A stretch of 64,000 bases of DNA from Nymphaea colorata (lineage: Eukaryota), in contig NC_045138.2 of the NCBI RefSeq assembly GCF_008831285.2, forward strand, positions 12,276,001 to 12,340,000, written 5' to 3'. The number at the start of each line of letters is the position of its first letter. Position 1 is the first letter of the stretch. A program made the translations under genes and the position numbers. The notes under the pieces were generated by a model. It was not told where the DNA came from. It saw only the letters and a list, made by a program, of their open reading frames with translations, and ran no database searches. Positions 24,353 through 37,829 of the stretch are shown piece after piece.

Positions 24353-24723
24353 CAGAACCAGCAGAACTGCAGAAAACAGGAACTTTCGAGCAAAAAGAAG
24401 AGAAAAAAGAGACCGGCGAAAAGGAAACAAGGAGTTCTCGCTCCAAGAATTAACACACCAGGAAGCAGAAGAGGGGATAAGAAATGGGAAGAAAATTTAG
24501 ATATCCAATTGATCGAAGATGAGGCCACCCAGAGGACTGTTCTTGGCGTAGAGCTTGAATTAAGGATCTGCAGCTTGAAACGGAAAGATACCAACAGAAG
24601 AGAAAGAAAGAGAAAAGAAATGCGACTTGAAACCAGTTGCGAACAACAGTTAGTTTCTAGCAGAACGAGAGGGAGAGAGATATCCTCTTATTTTTTTTAT
24701 TGATTGCAAGGTCTACAGAAAAC

Positions 24724-24772
24724 TTTATAGCCGTTGGAGGCAGAGACTTTTTAATTCCATTCGACCGTTGCT
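24724..24772 (-). promoter_or_regulatory. Two MSA elements (AACGG core) plus TATA box of the host gene
   Basis: Minus strand GCAACGGTC (24771-24763) and TCCAACGGCT (24738-24729, full YCYAACGGYY match), the latter overlapping TATAAA (24729-24724), upstream of a pyrimidine-rich 5' UTR. Confidence 0.65.
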
Positions 24773-26239
24773 AAGCCCGAGAGCTCCCCGTTTCTTTCAT
24801 GAGTAAAAAAACACAGTAAAAGAGACGAACATTTCTTGTGCGGAGACAATTTTACTTGTTATTCTACATCCGGCATCAAACGTTCTAATAACGTAACATG
24901 AATCAAACCATTTTTCCAGAAATTCATCATTAGGATCGTGAGGGCCAGAAATTTAATGAAAGGGATACCCAAACCTTTGATTACCGACATTTGCTAAACA
25001 AACACAATTTCTGTTCAGATTTTCCAGCTGAAACTACAGTGAGCACATGTATTCATGTTCCCTACGTATCACCTTTTTAGCATTTGTGATGCATCTAACA
25101 GCAATCGCAATTGGTGAATATCTGATCAACTGGGAGCAGTGACCTTTCCATCTGTCAATCAAACTTTGAACTATTTCCATTCCTGTGAATAAAGATTTCA
25201 ATTTCAGGTACGCCACAACGAAACGCATTTTCTGCCAGGTGAGTGCCCAATGATTAATTAGGCAATATTGCAGCACAAAGCCATTTCCCGTGATGTTTTC
25301 TTTCCCGCGAAGTTGTCTTGCCCAGAACACTCCGGCATGTCTCCGTCAATAAGTGTCACCACAGATCGCATGTCCGAATCCATTGTGATGATGAGGTGAG
25401 CATCATTTTTGAGTCTGATCAATTAGATTTTCACCGCTCGAGTTGCATCCACCTTCTGAGCTCGTTTGAGGGGCGTTTGTGTAGTGTAGGCTTCTTTCTT
25501 TGTCAACGCATGTCGTCCTCATTCTTCATCGCTATCTTCATCTTCCGTCATCGCAAAAACTGGTTGGCTTTGCTTGAGAATATCCCGATGGCGACAAAAC
25601 TTGACGTTTCTAGAAACTTTATGTTTATTTTTTGTTATAAGCCTTTTTCTTCTTCCCTAAAAGATTGATCTCATCATGATGATGAGAGGGTAGGATGCAT
25701 AGGATCCGAATCCCCACCATCAACCACGGGAAAAAGAAGCAACGGAAAAAAAGATGAGAAATGAACGAAGGAACGAAATTGTAATTGAAGGAAGCAATTA
25801 AAGATAAACAAAAAAAGACAGAATAAGGCCAATGTCTAAGTCTCCCCCACATGCATTTTTCCTCCTTAAAGAAGAGGGGATAGTGAGTGGATCTTGGACC
25901 TCCTTACTAAAGATCCACAAGGTCCAAAGAACAACAGCTGAACGAATTAATAAAGTAAATTATCTGGAAAAGTCCCAATAGCCTGTATGCTCGCTCCTTT
26001 TTCCTTTAGTTTGCCTTGTGGATGTGTAAGAGTTCATCATCTTGTCTAGAGATCGGATCCACTGGAGCAACAACTTCCTGTCCAACAAATGTTTCAGAAT
26101 TTGGACATTCTCCCCTGGTTGGGAGAAGTCAGCTCCGATGACTCATTGTCATCTTAATAGGGAACTATATCATAAACATTAAATATTAGTGGAATGTACC
26201 AATCGTCTCAAAGTTGCATTATTTGCCAAATGTTAAAGG

Positions 26240-29200
26240 TGTTAGCATATCAGATCAAAGGAGCGCCCAATCTTGAGCTGATTCTAGAAACTCATCACAT
26301 AGACAAAATCGTGCTCATTAAAAAGAAAGATAGTTAAAAGGAGAATGAAAATCAACGATCCCTTGATTACAGCAACAAGAAAAGGAAAACTCTCAAACCT
26401 GCAAAGGGAATTAAATCCCAACGCATGAGTCAATCAATTTGTAAACCAAAGGAAAGATATCTTTCCAAGATTGGCTTGATGTAGCATTTTCCTATATATA
26501 ATAGTGGAACCTCACCTAGTGAGACAAGGTGAGAGAGGATCGTTGTGGATGTAGGAGAACAATACTCCGAACCACGTTAAATCATGAGTGACTTATATTT
26601 TCTATGCTTGAATTTTATCATGGTATCAAAGCATACATCCACCGGAAACAGGTTACAAAATTTGGCCGGCATTGTCAGCTCCAGCGATGATAGGGGTCGA
26701 GCAAGGCCTCTTTAAAATCATTTGCATCTGAGGATTCTCCCTGCAAAGTTTTATAATTTTTGGAACAGACATTGAGGAGATACGAATTTTTGAACAACCG
26801 ACTGTTGCTATGAAGCTTCCTGTAGTGGCTGAAACCGAATCCACCGAATCCCTGTTTCCCCATTTCTATTTAAGAATTGGGATTTAACATCTTTCTGGTG
26901 GATCATTTCGACTCCCGTTGTCATTTAAACCTTCTAAAATTGATTGAACTTTATTGGGTTGTTTGTGCATGCACTTGCATTGGAGCTTGATCGACTGGAA
27001 ATCGGCGTCACCCTGCTGCAATTTTGTATTGGTGTGTGATCTCGTCGCTGTCTTCTCAAGTTCATCTTCTACTGGGTCTGGTGGCTTGAATCTGATATTG
27101 AATATTAAGTCCTTCGGTTGGTGCTTGTTTTTCGTAAGCCAGCATCCTCATCTTCTTGGTTCACCATGGCGTCAAACGGAGATCTAACAAGGACGTCATT
27201 GCAAGGTACTACTCTACCTTTATTACCTGCACCAACCACTATACAACAATATTTGAACATCAAGTTGACTGCAGACAACTTTCTATTATGGGAATCTCAA
27301 TTCCTACCTCTGCTGTATTATGATTTGCTTGGGTTCATTGAAAGCTCTAAACCTTGTCCAAATCAATATATCACCAGTGGTGATGAGAAATCCCAGTCCA
27401 TTAATCTTGAATATGAGTTGTGGATGAAACAAGACCAACTTCTCTTAAGTTGTATTATTTCTTCAATGTCTAAAACGGTACTTGCACAAGTTGTTGAGCT
27501 TAAAACGACATATGAAGTATGGATTGCTCTTAAAAGGTCCTATGCTGCCCATTCTCGCTCAAGAATCATGCAACTCAAGGAACAACTACAAGGACTTTGG
27601 AAAAGGAACTTAACAATGGATGACTATTTCTATAAAGCCAAGATGTTGGCTCACCAACTCGCCGTTGCTTCAAAACCAGTAGAAGGGGAATATTTAATCA
27701 TGCATATCTTGAGAGGACTTCTTCAAGAATACTCAACCTTCAAAACATCTCTGATCACTCGTGTAGATCCGATATCCCTCAGTGATTTGCACAGCCTCCT
27801 TCTCACACAAGAGACACAATTTAAAGAACAAGATCTTGAGCATGAAACATTTGCCCCTACTACTCATTACGCCCAACCATATTCAGTAGTTAGGGAAAAT
27901 TTTGACAGAAGACAACCCTCAATGCTCCAAAGGGGCCGTGGTCGAGGCCGAGGCAGGTCTGATTTCGAACGTGGCAGATCTGATTACGGTGGAAGAAATC
28001 GTATTATATGTATGTTTTGTGATAAAATGGGCCATAGTGCCAAGAACTACTTTAAAATAGCAAGGAAAGATAACACCAGAGCAGCAACAACCAACTCAAA
28101 CGCATCATCATCCTCAAATGCTCAGGTATATCACTCCTCTCCTCATATGTTAGATGATGCAAATTGGATCCCTAACACAGGAGCGACCCATCACATCACC
28201 AATTCTCTTGGATCGATGACAATTCATGAACCTTATGAAGGCAACGACTCCGTTTAAGTTGGGAACGGATCAGGTATGTGTATTAAAAACATTGGGTCAG
28301 CTCTCTTTCATCTTCCTAAGACTACTGTTACTCTGCGTGATATTCTCCATACTTCTAAGATGGTTCATAATCTGTTATCTGTGAATAAATGCTGCAAGAA
28401 TAATCAAGTTTTGTTTGAATTTTATACCCATCATTGGGTGGAGAAGGACCAGCGTACAGGGGTGGTGATCCTACAAGGAAAGAGTGACAATGACCTTTAT
28501 TGTCTCCAACTCCCACAACTAGAAAACAATCAACGACAAACTGAAAAGGTGGCACTCTATGGAGAATGGACGACAATCAGTAGATGGCACGCTAGACTTG
28601 GAAAAACTGCCTTGAATAATGTTCATTTTATTTTGAGAAAATTAAAACTTCCTTTTGATTGTGATGTCAAAAACAACAATGTTTTTTATCACAATGCCAC
28701 CAAACCACTTGAAGTGGTTCACTCAAATATATGGGGTCTGGCGCCCATGATTAGCAAAGACAGAAATCGGTACTATGTCTTCTTTATAGAAGAATACTCG
28801 AAGTATATATTGTTTTATTTTCTAGTATATAAGTCTGATGCTAAAAAGACTTTTAAAGCGTTCAAGGTGAAAGTCGAAAATATATTTGATTCAAAAATTA
28901 AGTTTTTCCAATCTGACGGTGGTGGTGAGCATGTAGCTGTTAACAAGTTCTTTCAAGATCATGATATCAAAAGAAAAATTTCATGTCCTCATACACACGA
29001 GTAGAATGACACAACTGAAAGGAAACATCACCCTTATGTTGAAACAAGCATCTCTCTTCTTAAACATGAAGGTGTTCCAGCGAAATTCTGGACTTATGCA
29101 TTAGCACAACAGCATATCCATTGAACCACGTTCCTACAGCAGGCCTCAAAGGCAAGTCCCCAATTGAAGTTTTACTCAAAATACCTCAAAATTATAGCTT

Positions 29201-31283
29201 CATGTGAGTGTTTGGGTGTGGCGCTTACCCAAACTTGCAACCTTATCACCGTCACAAGCTTCAACCTAAGTCCTCCAAACATGCCTTTCTTGGATACTCA
29301 AATGTTCACAAGGGTTATCTGTGCTACAACCTCAAAAATTTCAAAATCATTGTCAACCGACACATTGTGTTCAATGAATCAAACTTTCCATTTCTCAAAC
29401 AACCAGATCAACTCCATGATACTCATCGTACCACCACACCAATACCCATTTTTTTACCTAGGGTACCTCCCACAAATCAACTCTATCTCAAATCGGACAC
29501 CACCATCATCTCAACCCAGCCCTACACGTGACCCAAATGCCACTCCAACTACACCTTTTATACTCGACGAGTCAACCGTGCCCCCTTTTCGAAGCCATAG
29601 CATGATCACCCACTCCAAAGACGACACGAGAAGACCAAAATCCTCATTTTCAACATCCTATGCACTTTCATCAAAATGCCTATGGCAAAGGAGATGCAAG
29701 CCTTTCATCAAAATGGAACATGGACTCTTGTTCCACATGATTAGACATTTACCATTATCGACTGCAAATGGTTAAACGTAAAGCTAATGGAACTTTGCAA
29801 TGTTACAAAGCTCGACTCTATGCCAATGGCTATGATCAAATTGAAGGCATCGACTACTTTGAAACATTCAGCCCTGTTGGAAAGCAAGCTATTGTATGCA
29901 TGGTTTTATCACTCGCTACTTCTCTTCGTTGGCCTATAAAGCAGCTCGACGTTAATAATGTGTTTCTTCATAGGGATATTACTGAAGGCATATATATGGC
30001 TCAGCCACCGGGATTTGAAGATCAACGTCACCCAGGTTACAAACTTTATAAAACACTCTATGGACTGAAGAAAGCCCCAAGAGCTTAGTATCACCGCCTC
30101 AGTCAGTCGCTACTGCATATGGGTTTTAAAATGTCTCACGTTGACAACTCATTGTTCACCTTAACTACAGATCAGGATAGGATTTTTATCATGGTTTATG
30201 TTGATTATATCCTAGTAACTCTATTGATCAAGTTACTAAGTTGATTCATCTCGGCCCTTTACATTATTTTTTGGGTATTCAGGCCATTCCAATGTCAGAA
30301 GGATTTATTCTCTCACAATAAAAGTATATTATTGATATTTTGACTCACACAAATATGATTGGTGCCAAGCCTATCTCTACACCCTTATTGGCAAATTCCT
30401 CACTGACAAAGGTTATACCACCCTTTCTAGATGCCACTCTTTAGCGCCAAACTGTTGGGGCCCTTCAATATCTCACCATAACTAGGCCTGATCTATCCTA
30501 CACAGTCAATAAAGTGTGTCAATTCATGCACACTCCTACGACTAAAAACTGGAATGTTGTAAAACACATTATGTTATGTTAAAGCCACCATTCATCATGG
30601 CCTGTCCTCAACCAAAACTTGTTAACTCACCTATGTGCTTACTCTTATGCAGACTGAGTCCAGATGACGGCGAATCCACTGGGGCCTATGCTATCTTCCT
30701 TGGCTGGAATTTGATCTCTTGGAGTTCGAAGAAACAACCCAATGTCACCCAATCCTCCACTGAAGCTGAGTACTGGGCAGTTGCCAACATTGTTGTAGAG
30801 TCCATTGACTTAAATATTTGTTACAAGATATGGGCATCTCTCTTTCAAAACCACCAATTCTTTGGTGCAACAACATTAGTACCACCTATATGATGACAAA
30901 TCCAGTTCTTCATCAGAAAATTAAAGATATTGAACTGGATGTACACTTTGTTCGAGATCTTGTTGTCCACAAACAGCTCTTTGTAAGACACATTCCTGCC
31001 TCTCATCAATTGGCGGATCCTCTCGCCAAAGCTCTACCCACAAATGCCTTTGTTCGAGGATGGTTCAAACTCAACGTTCGTTCAGGACCATTGAGTTTGA
31101 GGGGGGATGTTAGCATATCAGATCAAACAAGCGACCCAATCTGGAGCTGATTTTGGAAATGCATTACATAGACAAAATCGTGCTCATGAAAAAGGAAAGA
31201 AAGTAAAGGAGAATGGAAATCAACGATCCCTTGATTACAACAACAAGAAAAGGAAAACTGTCAAACCTGCAAAGGGAATTAAA
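26240..31283 (+). mobile_element. Ty1/Copia retrotransposon (Ale-like), decayed, 3' LTR truncated
   Basis: 5' LTR 26240-26620 (TG...CA); PBS tggtatcaaagc 26621-26632; PPT gagtttgagggggga 31093-31107; 3' LTR from 31108 matches the 5' LTR for ~175 bp at roughly 90%. Confidence 0.92.
27166..31107 (+). pseudogene. Copia gag-pol polyprotein (gag, Zn knuckle, protease, integrase, RT, RNase H) with stops, frameshifts and deletions
   Basis: [123 protein letters not shown] precedes RT (Copia order). Confidence 0.95.
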
Positions 31284-33027
31284 AAAAAGAAAATTAGCGC
31301 AAAATAACATGCAAATGCATATTAACATGTACATATTCATGAGAGTTTTCCCCGGGTTGAACAATGCTCAGCCTTAAAATTTGACATAGAATAAGAAGAA
31401 AATCTCAAACCATATTCTCATTCTCACCATGCATTCACATGGAAAATCAAACAATTATGCATGGACAACATCTTGAAACAAAACAATATTCAAGGAAAGA
31501 GAGAGAGCATGATTCAACCATAAAATGAAATGTCATCTTGTCTTCCCATGCTTCTGGTGCACTTGAGCATGACCTCTTGACTCTAAAATAGAGATTGAGA
31601 TCTATCTCATCTGGCCATAGAGAGATGAAGAAGAGAGGAAAAAAAAGCATCACAACGAGACTACATTCAAGAAAAGATAGAACATGATGCAATCATAAAA
31701 TGAAATAACATCTCCTCTCATGCTCCCGGTGCACTCGAGCATAGCTTCTTGACTCTAAAATAGAGATTGAGAGTTATCTCATATGGCCATGGGGAGATGA
31801 AGAGGAAAGAAAAATGGGAGAAGCAAAACAATACTATATTAAAAAAAAAAGATAACATGATTCAATCATGAAATGAAATATTGTTTCACCTTCTCATGCT
31901 CTCGGTGCACTCAAGAATAACTTCTTTACTTTAAAATAGAGATTTTAGAGCTATCTCCTATGATCATGGGAAGATGAAGAAGGGAAGAAATAAAGAAAAG
32001 CATGGATTGGGATGTGGGTTACATACCTCTTAAGAGAATGATTTGAGGGAAAAAGATCACCCTTGCGTCAAGTGATTCTAGACTCACCTTGAATAGAGCT
32101 GCAAGGTGATGAAGAAGAGGCCTCCAATAGATCTTTGTGCTCCCTTGAAGAGTTGTAGTTTGCTCCAAGTTGGAGAAGAATAAGAAGGATGAGAAGGAAA
32201 TGGAGGAAGCGGGAAAATGGAGGAAGAGAGCTTAAAACTCTAAGTCCTCAAGTGAGAATGCACTAGAGCTTCTCCAAGGGCTAGCTCTTTGCCCAAGAGG
32301 GGGGTAATAGGGGTTTTTATAGAGAGTTTTGAAGCCAAAACTCAAAATTCATTTTTTTTTAATTTTATAACATTTTCATACGAATTTCAAATAATTTTGC
32401 ATTATTTTCAATTTTTCTAAGAAATAGGTTTTGAGTGAGTTTGATTGGCCATTAGGCCTGAAAATTCACTTAAATTGTCTAAAATAGCCTCTAACAGTTT
32501 GCTTTTGAAGAAAAAATAGGGTTTAACGACACATGCCAGTGCGAAAACGCGCTTGAGGGCGTGCCCCCGTGCATGGCAAGCGCGGTCGCGCGTTGTGAAT
32601 ATGATATGAAATGATATGAAAATAAAAAATAGGATAAAATGAGCATAAGACTCCTTTTCCTTTTTGTTTAGTTTATTTAAAAAGTGTATAAGATTGGTTT
32701 TGTTTCAAATGGGTGGTCGACTCCGTTTCGAGTGACTCCGGACTTGTTCCAAATCTGATTTTGGTTCAGTCGGTTGTCGACTCATTCGAGCGTGCGACTT
32801 GGGTTTAAAACATGTTTTTGGCGTGAGAATGAGTCCTTAAAACAAAGGGGAGGTCCGCACATGCACGACGCTCAAATTTTATCGTTTCGCACTTAATTTC
32901 GGATTTTGAGTTTGAAATGCTTGATTTAGATCTGAACTGGGGTTTTGGATCTAATTTAGATCAAAAAATTAGATTTTGTGTTTTGGTAAAAGAGTGTAGC
33001 ATTTTTGAAAAATTTGGGGTGATTACA
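31284..33027 (-). mobile_element. 5' portion of an Ogre LTR (family A), inverted relative to 58940-60820
   Basis: Starts TGTAATCACCCC on the minus strand at 33027; collinear reverse-complement match to 58940-60820, including the ~175-bp internal repeats (31480-31990). Confidence 0.88.
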
Positions 33028-35332
33028 AGGTGTTAGGCAATTTTAAACTTTTTTGACAAGATTGGCATTCAAGCATATAAAGGAAAGGGTCCGCATCATG
33101 ATATGACTCATTGGGAACTTTTCCCTACACAAAATTAGATGAAACATTTAAAACTAGATGAATAATAAATGTGTAAGAGCGAGCCCATACCACTCAAACC
33201 ATAAATGTGTATGATCTATTTGAAGCTTGTTTAAGGAACCGATAGTCTGTTTTTAAACTTTACTACGTTTTCTTAAGGTGACATTCTCCTTTGGTAATTT
33301 TAAACAAAAAAAGAAAAGCCATAGGCATGCAACTTATAAAACATGACATGGCGTACAATAAAAGAAAGAGTTTGCACTAGCAAGTGTACCTATTGTGAAC
33401 ATGTTATATGCTAGGCCCTAATATGGGAGGAATGTGCTAGGGGCCCAAAATCATGAAACTGCCTTAACGAATGCTTCTATGGTGAAAAGGTAGAGAACAT
33501 GTCCCTGCATTGGCTGCCCATCACAAAAATGATCTCTTGTCTACTACATATAGTTTCCAAAATGGGCATCAAATCACTCGAATGACATGCCTTTCTCTAT
33601 TAATTTAGATGAGTAATTTAAATAATTATGGATAGCCTTTTTTACTTATAGTAATCGTATGTGTACATCAAGTATATATGGTGCCATACAGAAAAAGGTT
33701 GTTACCAAATGGCTGCTAGGCAAACACTCCTTATACTTTGCGAACATGTAAGTGCACACATCCGCCTATACAATAATATAAAAAAAAACCAAAAAAAACT
33801 TTGCACAAAATTGATGTATGAAACTGCCATTTTCTTTCTATGTCTCATGCTCACGAGAGGAAATGTCTTGAAGAAGAGCAAGAAGAAAAAAGAAGAAGCT
33901 AATTAGCTGTCTACACTAAACTATACAATTACCAAGTTTCAAGCTTAGGCCAAACCCAACAATATCCAACACATTTTTCATTGCAATGGTTGAAAATGGA
34001 AGTGTAAAAATTTCCATGAAGCAAGATTATATGCTAAATGTAAGGACGTTGGTGCTAAATGGTAAATAGAAATAAAATATTCAAGAGAATTGCAGCAATT
34101 CCTAGAGAATTGCAGCAATCCCTAGAATCACCTAATCCACAAGGAGTACAAATATGAGTTTATTTTTTTTCAAACCTTCCCCTAACATGGCTAAAAATTG
34201 AAAAAATTCTTCATAGAATATCCAGGACGACTACGTACCACAAGTTGTCTTTTGCTGAGAAAGAAAACAAAGACTTCTTCAAGAATAGTTGCCATTATTG
34301 ATACAAAAAGTGTAGGTAAGGTACAATTTCTCTTCCAATCCACAATTAGTATGTGTTATCAGCTGCAATACCCAGAAAAACCCCCAAAAAAACATGGTAA
34401 AGTTGTAGAAAACCAACAAATCATGGAATTCAACAAAAGTAAAATGCTTAGTCTCATTCTCTTGTGAAGGTTTTAAAGTCTTGGATTGTTGAACAGAATC
34501 AAGATGTTGTTAAGCAGCAAAGGGTACAAAAGATTTATAATTCTTAACCAAAACAAAAGTCCACTTACAGCATATAGAAGAGTCTGAGATTTTGCATCCA
34601 TAGCAGCATGAAAACCAGATAATATGTTTTACCAGCTGCAATACCTGTGTGAAGTAATGGCTTATATTAATTTAAAAAATTTATTATGCTTATTGATTCA
34701 ATTAACAATAAAAAGGCGATTTGGTTAGGATGCTTTCTTTCTAAAAGGTAAAAATGGCCGACAAAGGGTGATAGGCCATTGTTTGGTTGGTGCAAGCAAC
34801 AGAGCTAAAAAGCATAAAGAGATGAACTTTGGGTTAACTGAAACAAACCACAACTTGTTTTGGAAGCTGAATGTAGTGATTAGTTCAACAAACCCTCAAC
34901 AAGATTAATAGAAAGAGGAGAGGGAGGCCAAGTCTTCATCTTCCTTGATGAGGGAAAGCAGAGTTGCAGTACACTACAAACTCTCCACAATGCCATTGTT
35001 GTCTCCACCAACAAGGCAAAAGTTGGGAAGAAGTTTACCACAAAGAGCTGTGTTCCTTCCTCAATTATTGGTTTAAAATAAAAAATGAATGAAACCATTC
35101 ACTCTCCTATTTTCTGCATCAAGAAACAAAACACAAACTTATGCCTGCAGCTGACATCACCTTGAATCCCTCCTCGTTACTCAATCAATTGCATTAAAGC
35201 ATAAATAAATGAAACTAACTTATGGCTGCAGCTATGACGTCTATCGGAGGCAAGAAAAGGCAATTATGATAATAAGGTCTTAAAAAAGACATGATGGTCA
35301 AAATTTCTGGTTTTGCGTGAACCTAAGAAAGA

Positions 35333-35358
35333 CTCTCTCTCTCTCTCTCTCTCTCTCT
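35333..35358. repeat. (CT)n microsatellite
   Basis: Direct reading. Confidence 0.9.
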
Positions 35359-37097
35359 TCATACCCCAAAAAAACAAGTGCCATCAAATTGGAATGGACT
35401 GAAGGGCTTCGACATTCAAAAGAAAGTGACAATGAATATTTGAGAAACACGACAAAGAATAAAAATTTCCATAGATGTTTTTTCAAATGACACTAGCACA
35501 TGATAATCAACAGGAACAATAGCAAGCTACTATATAGGTCAATCTCTGCTTGCTGAAACCCCTCTAAGATATATGTTCTTCATTAATGTGTGAAAAAGAA
35601 TTGCACCTAGTGAACATGTAAATGACATTCCAAAATAACTGAACTAGAGAGGGGAAGGAAGATAAAAAAATAAGGAGATAGAGAGATGAACTTACTCAGG
35701 CATCCAACAAGGTATAGTATCTGTGGACGAACTCAACTACAAAAAACAAAACCTATTTCAAGAACAAAAAATGCAAAAAGTTAGAAACCTTAGATGATGG
35801 ATGAGAAAAAAGGAGAGAGAGAGTCACCTGCAACTCCAATGCTCATGACTGAAGAAGATCTCAACACAATCCCACACTCAACCAAACCCTCTTACAACAA
35901 CATATAAATGGTCTTCAAGAATAGAGAGAAAAACAATGGCAAGGAGAGAGACAAAAAAATAACAGAGAAGGAGGAAGAGGAAGAGAGGAAGAGGATAGAG
36001 CAGAGTATGAAATGGAGCAAAAAGATATGGGGTGGAACAGCGGTGAGGTTGTCGAAGGAGGAGCTTGGACGGCTTGAAAATTGTTCCATGGTTTGCTATT
36101 CCAGGGTAAACCATGGAATGGGTTAGAACAACAAAAATATTTATACCCATTGTTCTGATATCTAGTTTTATCATTTGAGTTATCATGAAAAATTTGGAAC
36201 ATGCTATGTCTGTTCCTAGCCATTTCATGTTTATCAAAGCACCTCTTAAAAAGCTTGTATGGTTCGATATTATACATGACAAAGCTACATACAACCACTA
36301 AAGTAGTGCAGTTTCATAGTAGCCTTTAGGGTAGTGAGGTGCTTTCCTCAAAGGTGATGGTCAACCTAAAAAAGAAAATAAAAGAAAAAGCAAAAGAAAA
36401 TGGAAACCAAAATAAAAAGCAAGAGAAAAAAGGGGAGAAAATGAAAAAAATAGCAAAAACGAGCATGCCATGAGATTAAAGGCATGAAAGCTAAACTCAC
36501 AAGGTTTGAAATGTGATGATTTTATGCAGTTATGTGATCACAAGACAATAGCAGGTTCTCCTGTGATTTCAAAAAATACAGAGGATAATTCTTTATTCTT
36601 CATGTTGAGGAAATTGAAAGGAGCCCCTCTAGACATCTGACAGCATAGATGCGAGTTCAGTCCTGATGCTTGAAGAATGCTATGAAGAACATATCAATTA
36701 CATTTGCTTGTGTTTCTTGGACCTCCTGGGCAATAGGAGGAACCATCCATCACACATGGTTTTTAATGATGTTTCCCTTTTGCTACCAAAACCTGGTCCC
36801 TTTTTGTATTGGATGAAACTCCTCAAACCTTGTCCTCCCTAAGATAGTTTTGATGAATTCCCCAGACCTTAACATATGCTCAAGAAAGTCACACCATTTA
36901 GGATAAGGAATTAAACTTAAACCCATTCCATCATTCACATGTATTCCAACATGTTCTTTAGTGCTTTATTTGGGATTTATTCCATCAGCAAAAGGCCTAT
37001 AACCTGCTTCTTAAAAACAGTAGCTGATTTCAAACTGGGTCACTGATTAAGAAGTTTTGTCAACCAAAGAGGCATGGTTTGTTTGTTCAAGGCTTCA

Positions 37098-37460
37098 CCC
37101 AACCAGAGGCAAAAGAGAAGGAAGTGCTTCACTTTGATTCAACCAAAATTACTATCGGAGATGAAAGGGAAGGAAATGCCCTACCTCAATGCAACCCAAA
37201 ATAATTACTTGAGGTGAAACGGAAGGAACTGTCTGCCTCAATCCAACCAAAGTATTACCTGAGGTAAAAGGGAAGAAAACATCATATCTCAATCCAACCA
37301 AAATCATTACCCAGCATGGAAGGGAAGGAAATGTATTCTCTCAATCCAACTAAATTCGTTACTGAGTCGAAAAGATACGGAAATGTCTTGTCTCAATCCA
37401 ACCAAAATCATTAAACAAGGCAAAAAAGGATGGAAATGTCCTATCTCAGACCAAACAAAA
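37098..37460 (+). repeat. Degenerate ~52-bp tandem array (6-7 units) in a retroelement 3' UTR
   Basis: Recurring caaccaaaa...aaagggaaggaaatg...ctcaatc; further eroded units to ~37680. Confidence 0.85.
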
Positions 37461-37829
37461 TTTTACGCAACAATTTTTTTTTTATGTAAAAGGAATGAAA
37501 ATTCCTTGCTTCAGTGCAGCTAAAGTCCAACCATCAATTTTGCTAACAATATCATTTTCCTGAAGCAAAATGGAAGAAAATACCCTACCTCGGTTCATCC
37601 AAATTTCAACCATCCACTTCCTAAAACAAAAGGGATGAAAAAACTCCACTTCAATCCACCAAAAAATTGAAAAGGAGTAAAATTTTGTTGTCTTCCCCAA
37701 AGAAACTGAGTATTTGAACTGATGTTTTCAAAAGCTAAGTTTTCAAATGAAGATTCTCTCTGAGAAAAAAAATTGGAGCTTTTATCTTCAAGCTTACCTT
37801 TAAGCAGCTTATTAGTGAAGAGGGGCATT

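Noticed and set aside
33027..33037. aaggtgttag matching the Copia 5' junction at 26236-26245
   Set aside because: Only 10 bp, with no continuing similarity; treated as coincidence.
37098..37460. CRISPR-like periodicity
   Set aside because: Eukaryotic context, whole-unit degenerate tandem repeats without unique spacers, and no cas genes.
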